Source of the DNA: a virus
Taxonomy: Duplodnaviria > Caudoviricetes
IMG/VR virus record: IMGVR_UViG_3300027974_001530
DNA length: 64,000 nt
Strand: one strand, 5' to 3'
This document shows, in pieces, positions 53,599 to 63,019 of this stretch (within the stretch, counting starts at the first letter, position 1; each line of letters opens with the position of its first letter). A program made the translations under genes and the position numbers. Below the pieces are notes generated by a model. It was not told the origin of the DNA and searched no databases. It saw only the letters and a list, made by a program, of their open reading frames with translations.

Positions 53599-54009
53599 TT
53601 ATATTTTTTCAAAAGTTACAAATGAAATGGTTAATGATTTTTTTTCGGTGTCATCAATAAAATCAAGTATTTTTTTTACATTTTGTACTTCTATCAATTT
53701 AACAGTTCCACTTTTACCTTTAAAATTATATCCTACTAATTTTTTACTGCCATCCCCAAAATCTTCTACAACATGATCCACATCCACAATGTTAATAAAT
53801 TTACCATTAGGTGCTTTAATTTGCATTTTGATCAAGGTTTTATTTTTGTCCTCAATTTGGAATTTGTGTGGTTCTTCTATGAGGTCCAATTTGAATTGTC
53901 TACCTAAAATTTTATCGGTACTCAAATCAATTGATTCTAATAATATTAAATCAGAATTATTATAATTTATCATTTCTCTAATTCTTTGTATGTTCTCTTG
54001 TATGTTCAT
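53599..54009 (-). CDS. Hypothetical protein with IQE leader
   Basis: MNIQENIQRIREM..ILLE. Confidence 0.8.
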   Translation of the reverse strand: MNIQENIQRIREMINYNNSDLILLESIDLSTDKILGRQFKLDLIEEPHKFQIEDKNKTLIKMQIKAPNGKFINIVDVDHVVEDFGDGSKKLVGYNFKGKSGTVKLIEVQNVKKILDFIDDTEKKSLTISFVTFEKI

Positions 54010-54010
54010 A

Positions 54011-54370
54011 TTAATACTCATCATCACAGATTCTACCGTCAAATTGATTTATAAGGTAATTACCATATTTTTTAGTTAATAAGTGCCATATAATTTCTTC
54101 AATTTCTGACATTTCATGTTTAACATAAAGTTCATCACTAAAATGATTAATAAAATTAGAACTTGCAACTTCAAAAATTACATCTTTATAATCTTCAGAT
54201 GTACTATAACCACAAGGACTAATTTGATCGGTTAAACTATCAATTTGTTCATTTAGGTATTCTTTTATATCTTGGGTTTCCAGTCTTCTTAATAACCAAA
54301 TCTTATTTTTATATGACTCATTCAGATTCATCATGGATCTAATCCTTTGTATGTTTTCTTGTGGATTCAT
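54011..54370 (-). CDS. RR..PC family protein with PQE leader
   Basis: MNPQENIQRIRSMMNLNE..WLLRRL...SPCGY. Confidence 0.8.
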   Translation of the reverse strand: MNPQENIQRIRSMMNLNESYKNKIWLLRRLETQDIKEYLNEQIDSLTDQISPCGYSTSEDYKDVIFEVASSNFINHFSDELYVKHEMSEIEEIIWHLLTKKYGNYLINQFDGRICDDEY

Positions 54371-54385
54371 AATGATAAATACTTT

Positions 54386-55099
54386 TTACATATAAATTAT
54401 TTTCCACTTACCTTTAAAATCCTCCACAAGACACGTAGAGTTCTCACAAAAGTCTCCACTGTTCATATAGTCCAAATCTAACTTAGGTTGATGGATGTGT
54501 CCACATACCGCAACATCACATCCTTTTTGTTTTGATAAACCTTTTGCATTCTCCTCAAAATCAGATACAAAGTTGATTGCTCCCTTTACAGATTGTTTAA
54601 TATCATTTGCCAAGGAATGGTATGGTAAGTTAAACTTTCTTCTAATATAGTTGTATATTGTATTTAATCTAATAACTAAATCATATGACCATCCACCAAG
54701 AACTGCCAACCATCTTACTTTCATAATAACAAAGTCTAATACGTCGCCATGAAAACAATAGTAACTCCTTCCGTCTGCTCCGATGTGTGTATATTTTCTA
54801 ACAATCTCTATGTTGTTTAATAAGAACGGAACAAATGGTTTTAAAAAGTCATCGTGGTTTCCCCTGATATACACTACCTTTGTTCCATCTTCTGATCGTT
54901 TCATAAAACGTCTGAATATCTTTGAACAATCTTTTTTCCATTTACCTCCACCCTTTAATGCCCATCCATCAATAATATCACCATTTAATATTAGTGTTTC
55001 AGATTCATTCTCTTCCAAGAACTTAATTATCTTGTCTGTTTGTGATTGTCTGGCACCTAAGTGCAAATCACTCATTATTATTGTTCTCCACTTTTTCAT
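54386..55099 (-). CDS. LpxH-like metallophosphoesterase (UDP-2,3-diacylglucosamine hydrolase family)
   Basis: SDLHLG, NGDIIDGW, RGNHDD, HGDVLD, CGHIH, NSGD. Confidence 0.85.
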   Translation of the reverse strand: MKKWRTIIMSDLHLGARQSQTDKIIKFLEENESETLILNGDIIDGWALKGGGKWKKDCSKIFRRFMKRSEDGTKVVYIRGNHDDFLKPFVPFLLNNIEIVRKYTHIGADGRSYYCFHGDVLDFVIMKVRWLAVLGGWSYDLVIRLNTIYNYIRRKFNLPYHSLANDIKQSVKGAINFVSDFEENAKGLSKQKGCDVAVCGHIHQPKLDLDYMNSGDFCENSTCLVEDFKGKWKIIYM

Positions 55100-55422
55100 A
55101 CAAATAAAGATATGTATTGTGCCAATTTATAACCTGTAAATGCCCCAATGGCTGCAGATCCAGGAAGGATAATAAATTTACCTAATTTTGTTTTATACTT
55201 TTCACGATTTACAATGTATGAGATTAATAAATAATATAATATAAAATTTATAAATACCATAAAATCAAGCTCCTTTGACATAAAAACAACAATTGAATTA
55301 CCAATAAGTCCCCACATAAAATTTATAATGGTTTCTCGTATTAACTCAAATGGTGTTGTAATGGCCCCAAATATATTAATTTGTTTGCTCATGGGATTTT
55401 GTTTATTTTTTTTCATTTCCAA
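55096..55422 (-). CDS. Three-TM membrane protein
   Basis: Hydrophobic helices; coupled to both neighbours. Confidence 0.7.
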   Translation of the reverse strand: MEMKKNKQNPMSKQINIFGAITTPFELIRETIINFMWGLIGNSIVVFMSKELDFMVFINFILYYLLISYIVNREKYKTKLGKFIILPGSAAIGAFTGYKLAQYISLFV

Positions 55423-56135
55423 TAGTCTTTGTCGTTTGTAAAATATTCTTTATTTTTATTATTGAAGAATGATGACAACATTAGTCTTAACATATACATC
55501 ACACCTTTGTTTTCAAATCTTCTTGGTGGTGTAAATACAATATTGTTTATTCTTCCGAATTTCTTTGGTTTAATTTGTTTTGAGAATATATAATCTTCGG
55601 CTAATTTAATATCTTCATCAAAACCTCCGATTAATTTAAACGTATCTGAACGAACTAACATGTACCCACCCAAACAGAATGGTGTTGACCACTTTGAAAG
55701 TGACTGTATTAAATCAAATACCTTATACACATAATTAAATTTCCCATTGTCCGAACGGAACTTTGTTGTTACCAGATCTAAATGGTATCTATGTATTCTT
55801 ACTATTGATCTTTTTAGTACTTTTGGGTCTAATAGAAATACGTCAGCGTCCATAAACAACACATATGGTGTTGTCACAAGTTTGAATCCGTTGTTTCTTG
55901 CTATTGATGGGAGACCTCCATCCGTTAAATGTAAATCAAACATATCTGAATTATGTTCATATTCTAATCTACCCAATAGGTTAAGTTTTGTTACACCATC
56001 ATTTGATGCGTCACATACAACAACTTTTACGTTATTTATATCAACCTGATAGTTTAACAGGTCCAACGTTTTTAATATAATATCCTTCTCGTTCTTACAA
56101 GGTATTACAATCGTTACTAATTTACTTAAATCCAT
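55413..56135 (-). CDS. GT2-family glycosyltransferase
   Basis: TIVIPCKNE, LFMDADV, GGFDE..AED, RRF. Confidence 0.9.
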   Translation of the reverse strand: MDLSKLVTIVIPCKNEKDIILKTLDLLNYQVDINNVKVVVCDASNDGVTKLNLLGRLEYEHNSDMFDLHLTDGGLPSIARNNGFKLVTTPYVLFMDADVFLLDPKVLKRSIVRIHRYHLDLVTTKFRSDNGKFNYVYKVFDLIQSLSKWSTPFCLGGYMLVRSDTFKLIGGFDEDIKLAEDYIFSKQIKPKKFGRINNIVFTPPRRFENKGVMYMLRLMLSSFFNNKNKEYFTNDKDYWK

Positions 56136-56198
56136 ATATAATAAATATAATTCACATTACACTTAACATATTAGTTAATAATTTAATAATCAAATTTA

Positions 56199-58529
56199 TT
56201 AATATCTTTTTTTAATTTCAACAGTATGAACAATATCCAAATAAAAATCTTCAAGGTCTCTTTCACCTGATGTAATTTTATTAATAACCTCATCTCTACG
56301 ATAAGCGGTATTATCTACAATAAACTCAAGCATTTCTTCATCAGTAATATCTTCAGGTTTAACTGGTTCAGGAATACAATCGTGGTTTCTATCAAATAAA
56401 TCAACATCATCAAAATAAAAACCTGTTTCACCAACTATTTGTTCAAACTTTGGGATCATAGTATCTTCATACCATTCCTCTATTATGCTCGTCACAAAGT
56501 TTTTTCTTGCGTTAAAAATTCTCATTATCTTTTCTACTAATGTTTTTGTTATCAGTAATGAACCACTATAAAATTTACCGTCTTCGTAATAGTATATTGC
56601 GGTAATAACTTCTTTACCGTTAACACACCAATCCTCACGAAGATTACCATAGTTACGAGATTTTTTACCTATTTCTCTATTACCACCCTCAATATAATCA
56701 TCAAGAAATAATGTGATAACTTTTCTAAGACTATCTGTGGATTTAAGGTATCTTTGTCTTTGGTCTTCTTCCCTCAATACTTTTATTATGTTTTCTTTTA
56801 AATCTGTTCCCCCACCATCTAACTTATCAGTAAACCCCATAAGTTTATCAAATGCTGGATGTGACATTATTGGTTCTTTTTTCTTATCTTTCATCTGATT
56901 CCAAGTTGACGGTTTAACTTTCATATGGTTCTTAACAAGATATTTAATTTCATCAACATCCATTCCTTCAAATGATTCAATCCAATCTTTATATCTTTCA
57001 ACATAGTCCGTTGATTTATCTTCGTGTCCGTACGCCGTTGGTTGATTTGTTTTTGGATTTATTTTATATGTGTCTATCTTACCTAAGTCGTGAAATAATG
57101 CCGCCATTACCATGTTTGGATCATCAGGATAGTGATGGTAAGCTCGTTTAATAACAACAATAATATGTTTAAGAGTATTCCCTTCAGGATGCCATTCAGG
57201 ATTTTGTTTTGCCCCCCATTGTTTGAATAAAAGTTCTTTTAATTCCTTTGGTAAGTTCTTAATTAACTCCTGTGGTGTCGCATGAAGTTTTTCTTCCCTC
57301 AATACTCTTCTTATAGATTCTTGCATATTTCTTGGTTCAAATTTTTCTCTATTTTTCCAAATCTGTCCACCTTGATCTAATTGATTTCGTCCTTTTGTTT
57401 TTGAATTAACAATTGGAAGGCCAAAGTAGTCTGATATTTTTTGATATACTATTGTTGCAATTCCTTGTCCTCTATATTTTTCAGGAATAACAATATCTCC
57501 TACATATATTTCACCATCATTAATTACAATGTTCATTTGTCCAAGATCAACAACACCGTCTTCACTGGTAATATCTTGGTCGTCAACCATAATAATAATA
57601 TTTTGAATTTTACCAAAATGATTATACATATTCCGACCTAAACGAATTTGAACTCTATCTTCTTCAATTCTTGTTGATGGGTCTGAAAGTTTAAATGGGT
57701 TTCTTATGTTATTTTTATGTTCATCGGATTCCCACATTTCTCGTTTATTAATATTCTCCTGTTCTTTAATATTAAAAATAAAATGTATTCTCCATTTATT
57801 AATTATTCTATCGGAAATATTATACATAAAATCATCATAATCAATCCCTCCCCAAATACCATTAAACGTCAGATTTACATCAACTTCAAACATAGGAATT
57901 CTACTTATACCTTTTTTTATTTCTATATTTAGAATACTTATTTTATCTATAGTATCAACAACATCGCAACCATCAAACGATAACCAATCAGGGAAAGTAT
58001 CCGCATCAGGCACTTCACAAATATTTTTAATTTCATCAAGTGTTTGATCAACGATGTTTTGGAATGTCCCAATCATTGTTTTTTTATTTAACTTATTATC
58101 ATTAGTTGATTCCATTAATCCCCAATCCTTACCTGTACCTTCATGTTTTAATGTTATTGCATTTGCAGGTATGTTTTCAAATGTTACTATATGTTTTGAT
58201 CTTGATTCATAGTGTTTATCTTTATACCACTTAACATCAGGTATCATTTCAGTATTAATTTCCCATACATCGTCATCGTATGTGGAATCAAAAGACGCTC
58301 TTTTATTTGTTGAGTTGGTTGCAAAGATTGCTGGTATACATTTTTCACCGTAACCCGCATAAATTTTATAACATTCTCCAGCTCTTACTTTTAAACCTTC
58401 ATTTGTTATTTTATCTCTAACCTTTGGATTAGATTTATGTATAACAATTTTGTTTGGTATTATTTCTTTACCCGCAGGACTATATTCATCTTCCCTTAAT
58501 ATTCTTCTTATGGATTCCTGTAGGTTCAT
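56199..58529 (-). CDS. Polyprotein: ART-like + unknown + GNAT + HD + unknown, separated by QE/KE..ILREE linkers
   Basis: Leader MNLQESIRRILRE, internal MQESIRRVLREE (57326) and LKENIIKVLREE (~56801); RGQGIA GNAT motif; WHPEGNTLKH...ALFHDLGK HD motif. Confidence 0.85.
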   Translation of the reverse strand: MNLQESIRRILREDEYSPAGKEIIPNKIVIHKSNPKVRDKITNEGLKVRAGECYKIYAGYGEKCIPAIFATNSTNKRASFDSTYDDDVWEINTEMIPDVKWYKDKHYESRSKHIVTFENIPANAITLKHEGTGKDWGLMESTNDNKLNKKTMIGTFQNIVDQTLDEIKNICEVPDADTFPDWLSFDGCDVVDTIDKISILNIEIKKGISRIPMFEVDVNLTFNGIWGGIDYDDFMYNISDRIINKWRIHFIFNIKEQENINKREMWESDEHKNNIRNPFKLSDPSTRIEEDRVQIRLGRNMYNHFGKIQNIIIMVDDQDITSEDGVVDLGQMNIVINDGEIYVGDIVIPEKYRGQGIATIVYQKISDYFGLPIVNSKTKGRNQLDQGGQIWKNREKFEPRNMQESIRRVLREEKLHATPQELIKNLPKELKELLFKQWGAKQNPEWHPEGNTLKHIIVVIKRAYHHYPDDPNMVMAALFHDLGKIDTYKINPKTNQPTAYGHEDKSTDYVERYKDWIESFEGMDVDEIKYLVKNHMKVKPSTWNQMKDKKKEPIMSHPAFDKLMGFTDKLDGGGTDLKENIIKVLREEDQRQRYLKSTDSLRKVITLFLDDYIEGGNREIGKKSRNYGNLREDWCVNGKEVITAIYYYEDGKFYSGSLLITKTLVEKIMRIFNARKNFVTSIIEEWYEDTMIPKFEQIVGETGFYFDDVDLFDRNHDCIPEPVKPEDITDEEMLEFIVDNTAYRRDEVINKITSGERDLEDFYLDIVHTVEIKKRY

Positions 58530-59926
58530 ATTTCCTCTTCTATTTTTTTTTGTTTAAGTGGTGGATCCAATAAAAACTTATTATTAATCCAATTTCTTAA
58601 TTCATTTTCAACAAAAAATTCTGGAACTTCGTTATCTTCAGGCATAGTTGACGCTAGTTCAGCAATGTATCTGGCAAATTTAACTTTATATTTATTATCC
58701 ATTAAGGTCATTAATCCATCGGATATAAAAAAAATTCTAGATAATGGATCAGATAAATTTAATTCACCTTCAGTTAAATCAAACATTTTCATTACCACCT
58801 TACCCCACCAAGTCTTATAACTTGTTGTTTCTTCTAAGGTTGGTCTTAAAACTTTATTAACCGCTCTAACAATTGAACCTGTAAAACCGGCAATTGCCAA
58901 TTGTGGAATAAACCAAGGTAATAATCGTATTGTTGCTTTAACACCTCCCTCACCTACGTGTTGAAATAATCTTCTGCTAGTCGCGGAATCAACTATAGCC
59001 TTTAATTGACCAAATGTTATTTTACCTTGAGAACTACAAAATTTTTCTGAATCACAAATGTTTTTTAAAGCATTTTTGTCGGGATTTGTTTCATTTAACC
59101 CAATCAATGATTGTGATCTTAATGTTTGTTCAGTTAAAGGATCAAAGTATCTACCTTCTAAGTCAATGTCTCTAACTTCAAGACCTGAGTTATCCTCGAA
59201 CCATTTTTTAAAGACAGGAATCCATTTATCTCCAAATAATAATGTTAACCCATTGTTTACCCATTTTGTGATCACTAAGGCATATAAATAATCATACCCA
59301 TCCCACTCACCAAGATAAGCGTAAGCAAAGAGATCGTTTATCTCAAAGTCATAACTCCCATGTTTATTTACATCATCCCTATAAAAATCATGTAATTCTG
59401 GACCCCAATTATAATCAGGATGATATTCTTCTTTTAAATATTGATATATAAATTCATTAAGATCTTCTCCATCAAAATTTAATATCTTTATTAATCTTTC
59501 TACACTACCAACCGCCTTTGCCGTTTTTTTAATTCCTATAGTACGAATCATTCGGGACAAATTATCTTGTATTGTTTCTTCCCTCAGTATTTTTATTACT
59601 GATTCATTTATACCATATTTTCTTTTTATTAAGTCGTATCTTTCTTCTATTCTTTCATCATAATATTTTCTAAGAACATAAAAAACATCATCATACCATT
59701 GTAACTCATTTGGGAGGGTATATACCAATATATTGTGTATTCCGTCTATGGTCATTGATAATATGGTATTTCTAAATGTGACCAATGGTACAATACTACC
59801 ACTTTCTTTAAGATTTATTGAACATTTATTTGAAATCGTATCTAAACACTCGGTAAATTCCATTTCTAAATACTCAGGACTTACTCTACGTAAAATTAGA
59901 TTTAATGTTTTATCGTTTATGTTCAT
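58526..59926 (-). CDS. Multi-module protein with internal INE..ILREE linker
   Basis: RR module, INESVIKILREE, LNE, then a C-terminal ITFGQL module with a hydrophobic segment. Confidence 0.85.
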   Translation of the reverse strand: MNINDKTLNLILRRVSPEYLEMEFTECLDTISNKCSINLKESGSIVPLVTFRNTILSMTIDGIHNILVYTLPNELQWYDDVFYVLRKYYDERIEERYDLIKRKYGINESVIKILREETIQDNLSRMIRTIGIKKTAKAVGSVERLIKILNFDGEDLNEFIYQYLKEEYHPDYNWGPELHDFYRDDVNKHGSYDFEINDLFAYAYLGEWDGYDYLYALVITKWVNNGLTLLFGDKWIPVFKKWFEDNSGLEVRDIDLEGRYFDPLTEQTLRSQSLIGLNETNPDKNALKNICDSEKFCSSQGKITFGQLKAIVDSATSRRLFQHVGEGGVKATIRLLPWFIPQLAIAGFTGSIVRAVNKVLRPTLEETTSYKTWWGKVVMKMFDLTEGELNLSDPLSRIFFISDGLMTLMDNKYKVKFARYIAELASTMPEDNEVPEFFVENELRNWINNKFLLDPPLKQKKIEEEI

Positions 59927-59985
59927 ATTAATAAATACGACCATAAGATAAAACTGACTATTTTATAATTAACATAGTTGTTGTA

Positions 59986-60279
59986 TTAATAAAAATCATA
60001 ATTTGTTTTATAGTACTCTACAAACTCTGATGTAATTTTTATTTTTTTTATATTAATGTTAAGTGTTGAGGATAGAAAACTTTTAATCTTGAATATGTTT
60101 GGTGTTTTAGATATTCTACCGAAAATACCATCTACAGGACCTAAAGTTATGACTAATTTTATGACGTATTGATCATCCCCAAAATCTTTAGGTTCTTTTA
60201 AAACATTTATTTGCACATCTTCCATTTCTTGGTAAACATGCGTATTAAGTAATTGTTTTATTAGTTTGGATTTGTCCAT
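59986..60279 (-). CDS. Hypothetical protein
   Basis: Start moved to MDKSK, behind TATATTTG (60284-60291). Confidence 0.7.
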   Translation of the reverse strand: MDKSKLIKQLLNTHVYQEMEDVQINVLKEPKDFGDDQYVIKLVITLGPVDGIFGRISKTPNIFKIKSFLSSTLNINIKKIKITSEFVEYYKTNYDFY

Positions 60280-60489
60280 ACTACAAATATACAAAATATT
60301 TTTTAATTTAATAATAATATAAATAAAAAACCCCATCCATGTGATGAGGTTTATTTTATTTTAATACCTGTAATTTTTTTAAATCTTTGTTTTAGTTTTA
60401 TTCTCAAATACCTATTAACAACTTTACTGATGTTTTTTTCTTTTTCTAACAACCTCATTTTTAGATCGTCCTCTGTTCTTATATTCATA

Positions 60490-60723
60490 TTAAATTAATT
60501 TAAAATTTTCTGTAGTTAACAATTTAACTATTCGTTTCTCAGATACTGAGTTAATTGCTGGTCTTGTTGCAACTTCAGTTATCCCCTTGGAAAATACTAC
60601 TTGAAACTTCTCTGTGTTTTTAATGTAAAACCTTGATACATGACAGTATTCTCCTTTGTCATTAACAAAATTACCAAAAGATTTGGCCATTAATAGTTGT
60701 CCGAGTGTGATTTTATTTTCCAT
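60490..60723 (-). CDS. Hypothetical protein
   Basis: Start moved to MENK, behind TATCTTTG (60728-60735). Confidence 0.7.
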   Translation of the reverse strand: MENKITLGQLLMAKSFGNFVNDKGEYCHVSRFYIKNTEKFQVVFSKGITEVATRPAINSVSEKRIVKLLTTENFKLI

Positions 60724-60775
60724 ACCACAAAGATATGTGAAATTTATTAACCCCACAAATAAATTTATTTATTTC

Positions 60776-61225
60776 TTAAGATTCTTCTATCTGTTCTGAA
60801 TCTAACACTACCGTTGTATTTCTACCGGCAAATGCTGGTTCGTAAGCAGCAACTGATTTAAATGGAAAAAATTTGTTCATTTCATCACGTAAAGTACCTA
60901 TAATCCAAGATTGCATATTACTGGCCATAAGATTTGTTTTAAAATATATTTTAATACGTACTTTATCCGGTCTATTTCTATTAACCTCAAGAAAAGATAT
61001 TTCAACATCATCAAATTCCACAAAATTAATAAAGTTTTTAACTAACATTTCTTGGGTTTCAATATCGGTAACATCCAAATTTAATATTTTTACAACATTT
61101 TTAAATCCTCCAACAACACTAGATACAAAATGAATACCTTTAGTTTCAAATAAATTTCTAACACTCTTTTGAATATCGGTATCTTCTTCCCTTAATATTT
61201 TTAATATTTTTTGATTGTCAAACAT
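60776..61225 (-). CDS. Hypothetical protein with ILREE leader
   Basis: KILKILREE..VVGG..VVKILN module paralogous to the middle of 58526-59926. Confidence 0.8.
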   Translation of the reverse strand: MFDNQKILKILREEDTDIQKSVRNLFETKGIHFVSSVVGGFKNVVKILNLDVTDIETQEMLVKNFINFVEFDDVEISFLEVNRNRPDKVRIKIYFKTNLMASNMQSWIIGTLRDEMNKFFPFKSVAAYEPAFAGRNTTVVLDSEQIEES

Positions 61226-61280
61226 ATTAAATAAATACATCGTAAAAATAAAAATAAACCCAACTTTTTGGTTAGGTTTA

Positions 61281-61880
61281 TTAATCCAATGATTTTGGTA
61301 GATACAACAATGTTGGGTTCTTTTTTTGAATATCTACGTCAGGAAACTTCTCACTAAAAGTCTTAACATCAAATCTACCTGTAATCAAATGCCACCCGTT
61401 TTTTGTTGGTATAACCGCTTCAATTTTTTTACCTTCGGGTCTAAGATAATTAATAAATTGCGATAGTTCAGTGACCGCATGAAAATCAGTTACGTCAATA
61501 TCAACAATCCATCTTTTCTCTTGAGTTTTAATTTGTCCAACAACTGAATCAAATAGACCCTTTTGATTTGATACACCATCTCTAATACGTTCAGCAAGTG
61601 ATGCTAACATATTTAACGATACATCTTTATGATTTTGTTTTTGTACGTGAATGTATGCTCGTGCTTTAAAGATCTCACATAGTTCTTTAATCTCATCATA
61701 CCTACGTTCCAAGTGTTCAATAGATTCAATACAATATGTTTTAATTGTACGAACTGACTGATGGTTATCTCTTTCTCCTTCAGGTTGATCTTTCTTACGT
61801 TTAAAAACATATAACATATAGAAATCCCCCTGTTCAGAAAAATTCAATAAAGGTTTAATAATTTCTAAATTGTTTATCAT
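61281..61880 (-). CDS. Conserved phage protein, possible AEP primase-like fold
   Basis: WIVDID and PTKNGWHLI resemble AEP motifs I/II. Confidence 0.6.
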   Translation of the reverse strand: MINNLEIIKPLLNFSEQGDFYMLYVFKRKKDQPEGERDNHQSVRTIKTYCIESIEHLERRYDEIKELCEIFKARAYIHVQKQNHKDVSLNMLASLAERIRDGVSNQKGLFDSVVGQIKTQEKRWIVDIDVTDFHAVTELSQFINYLRPEGKKIEAVIPTKNGWHLITGRFDVKTFSEKFPDVDIQKKNPTLLYLPKSLD

Positions 61881-62184
61881 TTTTTATAATTTTATATCCA
61901 TTCAATTTTATCCACCCTAAAAAATCAAGTGCGGTCCATTTGTTTGGATCTAATTCACCTAAAGGTCCGTCACCAAACTGATCAATAAATCCTTGGAGGA
62001 TATCTTTTTCTATTTCAAATCCTCTATTTTCACTTTCATTTATTTTAATCTTAACCATTTCAATGGCACATTTTTCACATTGGACTGCCTTTTTATCTCC
62101 TGAAAAAGTATTCTTACATGTAATACAATTACAGTGATAAAATCCAGAAGCAAATCCACCTATTGGATATTTTACTTCTCCCAC
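61855..62184 (-). CDS. Hypothetical protein with CxxC...CxxC Zn finger
   Basis: CITCK...CEKC. Confidence 0.75.
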   Translation of the reverse strand: MGEVKYPIGGFASGFYHCNCITCKNTFSGDKKAVQCEKCAIEMVKIKINESENRGFEIEKDILQGFIDQFGDGPLGELDPNKWTALDFLGWIKLNGYKIIKNDKQFRNY

Positions 62185-62423
62185 TATTCTTCAATATTAT
62201 TTATAAATGATTGTCGTTTAATTTTAACCAAACTCTCAAGTGGTTCAATAACTGTGTATTGATAATTTCTCCAATATTTGGCATTTTCGTTATTTATTAA
62301 TTGTTTTGCAAAATTACTAATCAATGTTTTAGCGGTAATTGTTTGTTGGTATGTCTCACAAGAATCAATTACCTTTTCAATCCATTTTGATACGTCTCCG
62401 TAGTGTGTGCTTCTTTTTTCCAT
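62184..62423 (-). CDS. Hypothetical protein
   Basis: MEKRSTHYG..IDSCET..A..LI.NF. Confidence 0.75.
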   Translation of the reverse strand: MEKRSTHYGDVSKWIEKVIDSCETYQQTITAKTLISNFAKQLINNENAKYWRNYQYTVIEPLESLVKIKRQSFINNIEE

Positions 62424-62425
62424 TT

Positions 62426-62923
62426 TTATAATTTTTTTAATATTAAACAACCTTCTTCATCCAATTTTGGTTTACCTGTAGTAATACAAACACCTTTTTT
62501 ATTTATACCATCACAATTCTTGTCTAAACACTCTTCAACTATCTCAACATCCCATTCAGTTTGTTGATTAGCTAAACTAAGATATTGTATTGTCAATCCT
62601 GTTTTTCTACTTTTTTCAATTATAGAAATAACATCATCCTCACTAAACTTCTTATCACCCATCAACTCTATCATAACTTCAATAGTTCTTTCTACTGCGG
62701 CTAATGTAAATGAATCAGGACATCCATCAAAACCATTAAATATTTTTTTCTTTATATCAACCAAATCATAACCACGTTCAATTTCTTTGCAGTTTTTGAT
62801 GGATAACATACCAACCTGATCATCTCTTGTTGTTCCTAATAGATAACCGGTGTCGTAAGTTCCTTTGGTTGGGTCAATTAAAATGTAGTTACCCTTATCT
62901 GTCTTAATTAGTTTTGCTTTCAT
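62426..62923 (-). CDS. Hypothetical protein
   Basis: 165-aa ORF. Confidence 0.75.
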   Translation of the reverse strand: MKAKLIKTDKGNYILIDPTKGTYDTGYLLGTTRDDQVGMLSIKNCKEIERGYDLVDIKKKIFNGFDGCPDSFTLAAVERTIEVMIELMGDKKFSEDDVISIIEKSRKTGLTIQYLSLANQQTEWDVEIVEECLDKNCDGINKKGVCITTGKPKLDEEGCLILKKL

Positions 62924-63019
62924 AAGTTAATAATACAAAACTTTTTTTAAAAAACAAAATCCCACAACCTGTTAAAGTGTGGGATTTTTATTGTTTGGTG
63001 TTGTGTTAATCTTATTGTA

